Source of the DNA: a virus
Length of the DNA stretch: 64,000 bases
Reading direction: 5' to 3' (one strand)
Virus record (IMG/VR): IMGVR_UViG_3300009678_000001
Each line of letters starts with the position of its first letter. Within the stretch, counting starts at the first letter, position 1. Below the pieces are notes generated by a model. That model saw only the letters and a list, made by a program, of their open reading frames with translations. It did no database searches and was not told where the DNA came from. Position numbers and translations under genes: made by a program. Below are positions 10,042 through 17,274 of this stretch, one piece after another.

Positions 10042-10734
10042 TTAAGATACAATATCTATTTCTCCGTTGCGAATTACTTTTAAAACTCTAATCATAATCT
10101 TTTTTTTCATATTTTGAATATGTTTGTAGCCGGGACTTCGATTATGCTCGTTGGTTTTATAACCTAAAAGCCTAGCCACTTCTTCTTCGTCTAAATGGTC
10201 AACATAGAGAGCTTTATAAATCTTCCATTGTTGGGGTTTTAAAACAGACGCCATTTTTTTATGAATGTTAGCACCAGTCCTTTCAATATCAATACTATCT
10301 TCTGATTGGTTGTATACTTCTTGAATATGATGTTCTAAAGGAAGGGGTAGTTTTGTATCAAAAGCGCGTTTTTTTGTTTTTTCCCATTGGGCGTAAAGAG
10401 GACAGTTGCTGCACTGTTTAGTATAAATAGAACATAAATCGTCCCCCTCGGAAGCGGCGCACCTGAGACAAGGACGTGAATAGTTGCTATAATGATTGCG
10501 AACCAGATTTCTTATTTGACTTGAAATCACCTTGTTTATCCATGGTCCCAATGGGCGACTTGGGTCATATAAACTCCATTTTTTATAAATATGTATTCTT
10601 AAAATTTGGGAAACATCATCAAAATCCATCCAAGTAAGTGCGGTTAAGTTCCATTTGCCACGCCTTTTGTTAATTTCTACATTAATTTCTTCTATACAAT
10701 CCTCAAACTCAAGAGGAACTTTTTTAACTTTCAT
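10042..10734 (-). CDS. phage-encoded sigma-70 family (ECF-like) sigma factor with Cys-rich insertion
   Basis: Region-2-like FDDVSQILRIHIYKKW..PWINKVISSQIRNLVRN. Region-4-like HTH LDEEEVARLLGYK..GYKHIQNMKKKI. Insert CLRCAAS..CSIYTKQCSNC. Start set at the ATG (the track start is TTG). Confidence 0.6.
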   Translation of the reverse strand: MKVKKVPLEFEDCIEEINVEINKRRGKWNLTALTWMDFDDVSQILRIHIYKKWSLYDPSRPLGPWINKVISSQIRNLVRNHYSNYSRPCLRCAASEGDDLCSIYTKQCSNCPLYAQWEKTKKRAFDTKLPLPLEHHIQEVYNQSEDSIDIERTGANIHKKMASVLKPQQWKIYKALYVDHLDEEEVARLLGYKTNEHNRSPGYKHIQNMKKKIMIRVLKVIRNGEIDIVS

Positions 10735-10743
10735 AAACGCCAA

Positions 10744-11193
10744 TTAATCTTGGCTTTTGTTCCTCCGACTAAATGACTGTGGTTTAATAGCCCCTGCTTC
10801 TCTAGAAAACTCTTCTAAAAACTTCTTTTGAGACACTTTGGGGTTTTTTTGTCTTAGTTTTTCAAGAGATTTTATGTCTACTGGCCTTCCAGCAGCTAAA
10901 TCCTTAATAGTGGTTTTTGTGGGTTTGTTATGAATTACTTCTACCTGAATATCGGATAAAGACTGTACGGCTTCTTCGGCGCTTAAATTGTCATCTTCTT
11001 CATCTGTTTCTTCTTCGTAATCGGTCTGAACTGAAGGGGGAGGAGGACGGTTGGGGGGACGTTTAAGCAGGGGGGGTTTGCTGGCCACATTAGTTATTCC
11101 CGCAAAAGGGGTGCCACAAAAAGCACAAAGTCTAGGTTTATCTAATGAATATTCGGTTGCTTTACCGCAACTACTGCAAAAAGTTCTATTCAT
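10744..11193 (-). CDS. zinc-ribbon protein with acidic/proline-rich middle
   Basis: 149 aa. CSSCGK..CAFCG ribbon at the N-terminus, followed by PPNRPPPPS and an EEETDEEDD tract. Confidence 0.6.
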   Translation of the reverse strand: MNRTFCSSCGKATEYSLDKPRLCAFCGTPFAGITNVASKPPLLKRPPNRPPPPSVQTDYEEETDEEDDNLSAEEAVQSLSDIQVEVIHNKPTKTTIKDLAAGRPVDIKSLEKLRQKNPKVSQKKFLEEFSREAGAIKPQSFSRRNKSQD

Positions 11194-11206
11194 ACTACCT
11201 AATTAT

Positions 11207-11214
11207 ACTTACAC
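11207..11214 (-). promoter_or_regulatory. class II-like motif GTGTAAGT
   Basis: ACGTGTAAGTATAATTAGGTAGT-ATG upstream of the ATG at 11193. Confidence 0.3.
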
Positions 11215-11265
11215 GTAATATATTTTTCTAATCAAAATATTTTTACAAATCTTGGATTACTAACG

Positions 11266-11273
11266 GTGTAATC
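11266..11273 (+). promoter_or_regulatory. class II motif GTGTAATC
   Basis: ACGGTGTAATC lies 8 nt upstream of the ATG at 11282. Confidence 0.35.
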
Positions 11274-11281
11274 AAAGAAGA

Positions 11282-12289
11282 ATGATACATAAGCCTTGGA
11301 AATTAAAAGAAATTGAATATTTAAAAACAAATTACTCAAACACACAAAACGGCATTTTAGCAAAACATTTAAACAGAACCGTTTCCTCTGTTTATAGTGA
11401 AGCTCATATTCTTAAACTTAAAAAAAGCAAAGAATTTAAAAGCTGGCTTATCGGAAAGCGTAATAAAATGACCGGAAGAGACCTCAGTCCTAGTTTATTA
11501 CAAGAAATTGCATTAAAATATAAAAGCAGGGCGGAATTTCAAACTATGGACCCTTCAGCGTATAGCACGGCAAGGCGACTGAATCTATTAGATAGTATTT
11601 GCAAACATATGATTAAAGCCTCATTTAGTATTCCACAATTAATTTTACAAGATATTTTGAATGAAATATTAAAGTCAGAATGTTTATATAATTCTAGAAA
11701 AATTATTCCTCCTTATGAAATAGATTTGTTTTATCAGGAATTCAATTTGGCCTTCGAATATCACGGTAAACGCTGGCACCTTAATAATGTGCGAGACGAG
11801 AGAAAATTAAAGCTTTTCAATGAAAAGGGGATTAAGGTTTTTTATTTAATAGAAAATAACAGAAATTATGAAGAAGATATTAAAAATCAACTAATACTTT
11901 TGTTGCCACAAATCAATTCACATTGTAATAAAAACATAACCAAAGAACAAATTTCGAACTACGCAATTAAAAATCCTTATAAAAAAGTTTATAACGAAGA
12001 AAAATTAATAAGTGTAGCTAAACAGTATTCCTCCTTTAAAGAGTTTAGAACTAAGGAAAAACCAATTTACGTAAAGCTTAGTAGAATGCGCCTAATTGAC
12101 AAAGCAACGAGTCACATGGAGGACAGAAGAAAGGAGCGAAATCTAGAAGAGGTTAAAATGGTTGTTTCTAAATATGAAAAACTTATAGACTTGATAAAAA
12201 ATGATTTGGGTGCCTACGGATGGATTAGAAAACATGGACGTTGGGATTTAGTCTCTCATATTAAAGCGCAAAGACCAGTAAGCAATTAA
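11282..12289 (+). CDS. freestanding endonuclease-like protein (Myb/SANT-like HTH plus PD-(D/E)XK / DUF559-like core)
   Basis: 335 aa on the strand opposite its neighbours. N-terminus WKLKEIEYLKTNY..ILAKHLNRTVSSV. Core YEIDLFYQEFNLAFEYHGKRWH resembles Vsr/DUF559-type nucleases. Confidence 0.5.
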   Translation: MIHKPWKLKEIEYLKTNYSNTQNGILAKHLNRTVSSVYSEAHILKLKKSKEFKSWLIGKRNKMTGRDLSPSLLQEIALKYKSRAEFQTMDPSAYSTARRLNLLDSICKHMIKASFSIPQLILQDILNEILKSECLYNSRKIIPPYEIDLFYQEFNLAFEYHGKRWHLNNVRDERKLKLFNEKGIKVFYLIENNRNYEEDIKNQLILLLPQINSHCNKNITKEQISNYAIKNPYKKVYNEEKLISVAKQYSSFKEFRTKEKPIYVKLSRMRLIDKATSHMEDRRKERNLEEVKMVVSKYEKLIDLIKNDLGAYGWIRKHGRWDLVSHIKAQRPVSN

Positions 12290-12303
12290 ATCTTTCTTTG
12301 GAT

Positions 12304-13029
12304 TCAGGGACGCATTACTTCTAAAGCTTCTACAAGAAATTTAAGAAAGTCTGAACGAACTATATCCTCTGTTTCAAATTTAAAACAATAAATTCCATTT
12401 TCTTTTGCGAGAGGATAGTTATTAAAGTGATTGTATAAATTGTTAAATCCACCCCTACTTCCATTGTTTAGGTCGGTTTGTTTAGGGTCAGCCAAAATAA
12501 AACATTTGGAAAAGTGACCGAACCGCGTAAGAATAGTAACTATTTCATTGTGTCCAGAATTTTGACACTCATCGTAGATAAAGCATTTGGCGTTCCAACT
12601 CATTCCTCTAGCATAATTAGGAGGATAAGAAAAAACCCTTTTCTCTTTTTCTAATGCTTTGACTTGATGTTTAGGCAGAAGTTCTTCAAGTTTGTCCGTA
12701 AAAGGAAGGTTATAAAAATAAAATTTATCTGAAACCTCTCCGGGTAAAAAACCGATTTTAAAACTAGAACTTTCAACAGCAGAGCGAATATAAATAAGTT
12801 CCGAAACTCGTTTTTGGTCAAGAAGTTTTAATCCGCAATAAACCGCCAAAAGCGTCTTACTTGTCCCTGCTGGACCCGACACAAATATAACTTTAGTGTT
12901 TTTATCTAACGCAATATCTATAAACTCTTTTTGCTTTTTAGTCCATTTAAATTCGCGTATATCAAGGTTTTCCTTAAGCTTGTCCCTTTGATAAACATAG
13001 AGAGACTCATCCGTTTTCTTTTCTTTCAT
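12304..13029 (-). CDS. phoH: PhoH-like ATPase
   Basis: GPAGTSKT Walker A, IGFLPGEVSDKF, FIYDECQN (DEAQN box) and ADPKQTDL are all PhoH family signatures. Confidence 0.85.
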   Translation of the reverse strand: MKEKKTDESLYVYQRDKLKENLDIREFKWTKKQKEFIDIALDKNTKVIFVSGPAGTSKTLLAVYCGLKLLDQKRVSELIYIRSAVESSSFKIGFLPGEVSDKFYFYNLPFTDKLEELLPKHQVKALEKEKRVFSYPPNYARGMSWNAKCFIYDECQNSGHNEIVTILTRFGHFSKCFILADPKQTDLNNGSRGGFNNLYNHFNNYPLAKENGIYCFKFETEDIVRSDFLKFLVEALEVMRP

Positions 13030-13036
13030 ATTAAAG

Positions 13037-13056
13037 AACTACACTATGTATTACAC
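13037..13056 (-). promoter_or_regulatory. class II motifs GTGTAATA and GTGTAGTT in tandem
   Basis: TAG-GTGTAATA-CATA-GTGTAGTT-CTTTAAT-ATG lies between the AAA+ gene stop and the phoH ATG at 13029. Confidence 0.3.
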
Positions 13057-14205
13057 CTACCTAAACAGCATAGTTCCTTTATTCTCCTCGTGAAAAGTTT
13101 CAAAGTCCAAATTATAAATATCGGCAATAGACATTCCCTCCCGGTCAATATGGTTAACATTCTTGCCTAGTTTTTGCGCCAATGTTACTGATTTATCATA
13201 AGACAGCTTTTTAAACTCATATTCAACCTTCAAGCGCCCCTTCCGAAGCAGCGCTCTATCAATTGATTCTTTTTTGGCATTAAAAGTAACTATAATAGAA
13301 GTGTTTAAAATTGAACCCACAATGCCATCAGTTAAATTTAAAACGGTGCTGATGAGAGAATTGTTGCTTCCATCACGTTCCAAAACCGCTTTTTCGGCAT
13401 CCTCTAAAATCAAAACAACATTGTTATTATCAGTTAATAATCTAATAAAATCAGGCTCAATTAAAGCATTAACCATATTGGTTGGCACGAATATAAATTT
13501 TCGTTGAACACACTTGGTAAGATGTTTAAGATAGCTGGTTTTTCCTGTGCCGGGGTCGCCGTGAAAAATATACAAACCAGACCGACTGGTGTTTAGGCGC
13601 TCAACAATTGAATTATGAACATCAATAAATCCTTCTGGATAATTTAATTCTAAGTTAGTGTTTAGGTCGTCAAGAGGAAAATTACTTACTGCTAAGTTTC
13701 CAGAATGTCCCTTAATTAAAAGACTAACTTCGGAGCGGTTTTTAGGAACAATTGGAAAACGTTCATTTAGTTTATTAAAAATATCAAAAAAATAAACGTC
13801 ATCAACGCAAATATCCAAACTATATTCACTCGCTTTCCCATGATTATTAACATTGAGTTTTAACAAACAATTCCCCTTTTTGTACTTACAAAAAAACACT
13901 TCATAAAAAGAACGGTTTTCGTCATCAGTAAAAATAGCCTGCGTTAAATTATCTGATTTGTTTGTATCACAATTAGATATAGTTTTTTCGCTTCGACTGT
14001 TCTTTACAATACTCCATATTTCAAAATCCTCCCCATCTAATATATGTTTAAAAAGCTCTTCGCTTATATCATTAAAAAAGTAGGTACTTGGTAAAGTTTT
14101 ATAAAAACATTCAAATAAATAGGGCAAACTAATATCACCTAAACTGGCATTATAATAATCAAAAAACTGAAAACTCTTATCCAAAGTTACTTTTTTAATT
14201 TCCAT
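13057..14205 (-). CDS. AAA+ ATPase
   Basis: 382 aa. Walker A GDPGTGKT, Walker B VVLILEDAE, and ALLRKGRL arginine motif in the C-terminal half. Confidence 0.8.
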   Translation of the reverse strand: MEIKKVTLDKSFQFFDYYNASLGDISLPYLFECFYKTLPSTYFFNDISEELFKHILDGEDFEIWSIVKNSRSEKTISNCDTNKSDNLTQAIFTDDENRSFYEVFFCKYKKGNCLLKLNVNNHGKASEYSLDICVDDVYFFDIFNKLNERFPIVPKNRSEVSLLIKGHSGNLAVSNFPLDDLNTNLELNYPEGFIDVHNSIVERLNTSRSGLYIFHGDPGTGKTSYLKHLTKCVQRKFIFVPTNMVNALIEPDFIRLLTDNNNVVLILEDAEKAVLERDGSNNSLISTVLNLTDGIVGSILNTSIIVTFNAKKESIDRALLRKGRLKVEYEFKKLSYDKSVTLAQKLGKNVNHIDREGMSIADIYNLDFETFHEENKGTMLFR

Positions 14206-14212
14206 TGTTAAT

Positions 14213-14242
14213 AATCTACTAAAATCTTTAATTTTTTGTCAA
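14213..14242 (-). promoter_or_regulatory. sigma70-type promoter for the AAA+ gene (half of a palindromic divergent pair)
   Basis: TTGACA(14242-14237)-18-TAGATT, then 7 nt to the ATG at 14205. Confidence 0.5.
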
Positions 14243-14272
14243 TTGACAAATGCACCAAACCCTTCATAAAAT
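14243..14272 (+). promoter_or_regulatory. sigma70-type promoter opening the plus-strand block
   Basis: TTGACA(14243-14248)-18-TAAAAT, then 7 nt to the ATG at 14280. The two -35 boxes form the 14-bp palindrome TTGTCAATTGACAA (14236-14249). Confidence 0.5.
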
Positions 14273-14279
14273 TAAGAAC

Positions 14280-14561
14280 ATGGGTAAATGCGCTAAATGT
14301 GATAAAAGAGTTGGTTTAAACGAAAGTTTTTTAATTGAGTTCACGGCTGAAACTTCGGTCTGGTATCTCAACAAAAAACACTCAAACCGTTTTACGTTTT
14401 CAAACATGCTTTGTGCGGTTTGCGCCCAAAGAGAACTGAACAATGAAACTGCTAACCCTAACGGATGCAACGTTTTACGTAAAAGGGTTACCTGTAATTG
14501 TTGCAACGAAGAAATTATGACCACCAACCACAAATGTCCCCAAATCCCGCTTTTTACATGA
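14280..14561 (+). CDS. Cys-rich small protein
   Basis: 93 aa from the ATG 7 nt after the -10 box. Contains CAKCDK, CAVCAQ, CNCCNEE and HKC clusters. Confidence 0.55.
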   Translation: MGKCAKCDKRVGLNESFLIEFTAETSVWYLNKKHSNRFTFSNMLCAVCAQRELNNETANPNGCNVLRKRVTCNCCNEEIMTTNHKCPQIPLFT

Positions 14562-14752
14562 TTGACAACCCAAAAAAACATAGTATCATAGCTAGAAAGG
14601 TGCAAACCTTTAATCATATCACTAATCGTTGGGTAACATTCATATACTTGGATAAACGTGAAAAGTTCGACCCAAAGAACTATTTGGAACAAAATTTCAA
14701 ATGGCGCATTATTAAAGAGGTTGTGGAACAGCCTTGGAAAGCTGGCGCTTGA
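14558..14752 (+). CDS. hypothetical protein
   Basis: 64 aa. ATGA overlap with the upstream stop. Ends ..KAGA* over GGCGCTTGA, the same 3-prime sequence as the ISL element. Confidence 0.5.
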   Translation: MIDNPKKHSIIARKVQTFNHITNRWVTFIYLDKREKFDPKNYLEQNFKWRIIKEVVEQPWKAGA

Positions 14753-14924
14753 CCAGCACTTTTTTAATTAATCGTTCCTTATGCTTTTGATAAAAAGCTT
14801 TTTGTTTTACCTTCATACAACCAATACAGTGATACTGAAGACCATCTTTGGTCCCGGCCTGTTTGCGGAACTCGGTAAGAGGTTTCTCCCTCCAACATTT
14901 TGTGCAAGTTTTAAAGATTTCCAC
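14712..14924 (-). CDS. small zinc-finger protein of the kind found at the N-terminus of phage homing endonucleases
   Basis: 70 aa. CTKCWREKPLTEF..TKDGLQYHCIGCMK pattern. GTG start preceded by GTGTAAAG-AGTA. Converges on and overlaps the previous gene by 41 nt. Confidence 0.45.
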   Translation of the reverse strand: MEIFKTCTKCWREKPLTEFRKQAGTKDGLQYHCIGCMKVKQKAFYQKHKERLIKKVLVKRQLSKAVPQPL

Positions 14925-14930
14925 ACTACT

Positions 14931-14938
14931 CTTTACAC
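14931..14938 (-). promoter_or_regulatory. class II-like motif GTGTAAAG
   Basis: Lies 4 nt upstream of the GTG start at 14924. Confidence 0.25.
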
Positions 14939-15127
14939 ATGATTGCGATTTTTGGCATTTATTGCTTGATTGGCCTGTTATATTCGGTTGTCTCTATTAT
15001 CTGCCAAAGAAAGAAGCTGTTGATGTATGAAACATCTAAAGTTTTTCTTGTCCTTTCAATAGTTGTTTTTGGAACGTTTTTGTGGCCAATTGTGGTCTAC
15101 TGGAAATTTAAAAATTTACAACGTTGA
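14939..15127 (+). CDS. small membrane protein (two predicted TM helices)
   Basis: 62 aa. IAIFGIYCLIGLLYSVVSIIC and VFLVLSIVVFGTFLWPIVVYW are hydrophobic spans. Confidence 0.6.
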   Translation: MIAIFGIYCLIGLLYSVVSIICQRKKLLMYETSKVFLVLSIVVFGTFLWPIVVYWKFKNLQR

Positions 15128-15348
15128 TGAAAACAAGAAAGCTTGTAGAACTTGATAATCAAATTAAAGCTTCTATCTTACAACAAGCTATGTCACAACA
15201 AGCCAATGAAAACTTAGTAAATAAGATTCATACAATTTATAATAATATTTCCCATGACATTTGGACAAATTTAGGCTCTCAAATATTTTTGTGTGCTTCC
15301 TCAACTTTTAAAGAGGACCAGTTAATCAAACAAACAAATGACTATTGA
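15127..15348 (+). CDS. hypothetical protein
   Basis: 73 aa. TGATG overlap with the upstream stop. Confidence 0.55.
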   Translation: MKTRKLVELDNQIKASILQQAMSQQANENLVNKIHTIYNNISHDIWTNLGSQIFLCASSTFKEDQLIKQTNDY

Positions 15349-15541
15349 ATCCTACTACTTAATCAAGGAAGAAGCGCTTTCTGCGCTCCAAAACGAAGTA
15401 AACAAGTATATTAAAGCGGGTTTTGAGCCGCATGGGTCGCTTGCGATTCGAGTTTTGGGCGCTAACAGTTACTTTTACATCCAACCAATGATAAAATATA
15501 ATTCTTTTTGTAAACAAAAAAAGAGCCATGAATTTAGTTAA
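15338..15541 (+). CDS. hypothetical protein (DUF1737-like pattern)
   Basis: 67 aa. LQNEVNKYIKAGFEPHGSLA resembles small phage DUF1737 proteins. Overlaps the upstream gene by 11 nt. Confidence 0.5.
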   Translation: MTIESYYLIKEEALSALQNEVNKYIKAGFEPHGSLAIRVLGANSYFYIQPMIKYNSFCKQKKSHEFS

Positions 15542-15719
15542 AATTTATAAAACTATAGTAATAGGTCAAATTTACAAAACGGCTAATTTACTCAACTGTC
15601 AGATTTTTGAACAAACAAAACTAACACTACCTCCTACATTCCCCCCCCTTCCCTTTGAGATTAAACGAGAAATTCGTAATCAACTTCATGACCAGTTTAA
15701 AAAAGAAATTTTTAGATAA
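15528..15719 (+). CDS. hypothetical protein
   Basis: 63 aa, packed on the same strand. Confidence 0.5.
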   Translation: MNLVKIYKTIVIGQIYKTANLLNCQIFEQTKLTLPPTFPPLPFEIKREIRNQLHDQFKKEIFR

Positions 15720-15732
15720 TTTTTTAGTTGTA

Positions 15733-15882
15733 ATGACTTCAGAAATTAAAATACATAGAGTTGTTCGTGAACAACTTGATGGCAAATTAGATTGGAAAAT
15801 AACTCCCATCTTTTCTATGTTTTCGAACAATCGTGAAATAATACAAAAGCAAATAGAAGAGGTGTTGGATGAAGTATTTTAA
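15733..15882 (+). CDS. hypothetical protein
   Basis: 49 aa from the first ATG downstream of the previous stop (the track start at 15655 overlaps by 65 nt). Confidence 0.4.
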   Translation: MTSEIKIHRVVREQLDGKLDWKITPIFSMFSNNREIIQKQIEEVLDEVF

Positions 15883-16066
15883 TTTAGTATATAGCGAAAT
15901 GAGAAAAATAGATGACTCGTTTAACGATTCTATTTCAACTCAAAGTTTGCACTATCCACAGTCATGGATTATTTATATAAAGCTTGACCGCGAAATAATA
16001 GCACGTGTCGGAATGCCAATTAAACTATTAATGGAGGAGGCTCTAGATGGACTCTTTACAAGATAA
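15869..16066 (+). CDS. hypothetical protein, paralogue of 16229..16438
   Basis: 65 aa. NLVYSEMRKIDDSFNDSI aligns with NIVFNKMTEIDALLAKSI in the paralogue. Confidence 0.55.
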   Translation: MKYFNLVYSEMRKIDDSFNDSISTQSLHYPQSWIIYIKLDREIIARVGMPIKLLMEEALDGLFTR

Positions 16067-16232
16067 AATAAATAACATAAAACAACCAATACTCAACTCT
16101 ATTGTGCTTCAAGGATATAGATATCCTAAAACCAATTCAGGGACGTATTTATCGCTTTGCGATGAGACAATAAATAATTATCGAATCCAAATTGAAGAGC
16201 AAATGTTAATTGAAACACAAATGTTTAAATGA
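16047..16232 (+). CDS. hypothetical protein
   Basis: 61 aa, overlapping both neighbours. Confidence 0.5.
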   Translation: MDSLQDKINNIKQPILNSIVLQGYRYPKTNSGTYLSLCDETINNYRIQIEEQMLIETQMFK

Positions 16233-16438
16233 ACCGTTTAAAAAACCTTAATTTAAAAAACCTTAATATAGTATTTAATAAGATGACTGAAATAGATGCG
16301 TTGCTTGCTAAATCTATTAATTTTACATATTCAACTCGCCCCTCAGAAATTTATCTTGAAATTGACAACGAAACAGCAAGTATCAAATTTCCAGTTTGTC
16401 AAAATTGTGTTTTTGAAAATGTTTTTATAAATGAATAA
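16229..16438 (+). CDS. hypothetical protein, paralogue of 15869..16066
   Basis: 69 aa. ATGA overlap with the upstream gene. Shared N-terminal motif with the paralogue. Confidence 0.55.
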   Translation: MNRLKNLNLKNLNIVFNKMTEIDALLAKSINFTYSTRPSEIYLEIDNETASIKFPVCQNCVFENVFINE

Positions 16439-16682
16439 TCAGTTTACATTAGTTTTCAGCGCCCAAGAGAAGGAGGAGCTTCTTGAAATCTTTAAAAACC
16501 ATCCTAAATGGCAAGAAAAAATTAAAAATTCAAGTAATTCTTTCGTGTGGGAAAACATTATAACTTATCAAGGTTGCGCCGATAGGGGGTTTTGTTTTAA
16601 ATGTAATATCTTTCTAGCTGATACATTGTGTTTTTGCGGAGGGGGTTTTTGCCCCAAGTGTGGCGGCTATGTAGCTATGTAG
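16431..16682 (+). CDS. Cys-rich small protein
   Basis: 83 aa. C-terminal CFKCNIFLADTLCFCGGGFCPKCGG. Confidence 0.55.
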   Translation: MNNQFTLVFSAQEKEELLEIFKNHPKWQEKIKNSSNSFVWENIITYQGCADRGFCFKCNIFLADTLCFCGGGFCPKCGGYVAM

Positions 16683-16772
16683 TCCCGCGCTCTTCTCCTG
16701 AGAAACTTGATGGTATTTTTGAAGTCCATTATACCAACAGTAACATAAAACCCATTAAACAAAGGTTTGAAA

Positions 16773-17030
16773 ATGGTCAGTGGAAGGAAACAATTACTTG
16801 ATATGAAAAAACGCGATTATGTGGCTATTCATTATGTGACTGCCCACCTTCTTTCTAAAATTACATCGTTTACCGGTTTAATAGAAAATAAATGTACCTA
16901 TAATCCCAAAATAGAAGCTCTTTACTATAAAATAGGAGAAGCCTCAAATCGAGGCGCAGTTTCCAATTTTTGTATGAAGTTTTTTAGAAATGCTAACATT
17001 TTCAATAGAAACAAAAAAACACAGTTGTAA
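16773..17030 (+). CDS. hypothetical protein
   Basis: 85 aa from the ATG (the track start is TTG). Confidence 0.45.
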   Translation: MVSGRKQLLDMKKRDYVAIHYVTAHLLSKITSFTGLIENKCTYNPKIEALYYKIGEASNRGAVSNFCMKFFRNANIFNRNKKTQL

Positions 17031-17043
17031 ATATGGAGACCGT

Positions 17044-17253
17044 ATGATGGATATTATTAATCCAGACGAAATAGAAGAGCGGGTTTTTGGAAATATTTTT
17101 GGTAAAATATTCAGTCGCATTGAAATGCCAATAATGGAATCAATTGAAAAACAAATTTTATTACCCGTTGAAAACATAAGAAAGGATATTGAAACGGCAA
17201 CACTTGAATTTATTGTTAATAATGTGGTTGATAATAGCCCTTTTATAAACTAA
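17044..17253 (+). CDS. hypothetical protein
   Basis: 69 aa from the ATGATG just after the previous stop. Confidence 0.5.
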   Translation: MMDIINPDEIEERVFGNIFGKIFSRIEMPIMESIEKQILLPVENIRKDIETATLEFIVNNVVDNSPFIN

Positions 17254-17260
17254 AAAAACA

Positions 17261-17268
17261 GTGTAATA
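17261..17268 (+). promoter_or_regulatory. class II motif GTGTAATA
   Basis: AAAAAAACAGTGTAATA lies 6 nt upstream of the subtilase ATG at 17275. Confidence 0.35.
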
Positions 17269-17274
17269 GCTTTT

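Noticed and set aside
14264-14692. 142-aa minus-strand ORF opposite the first plus-strand genes
   Set aside because: Its composition is hydrophobic and low-complexity with no start context. The plus-strand alternatives have a promoter 7 nt upstream, Cys-cluster motifs and ATGA coupling.
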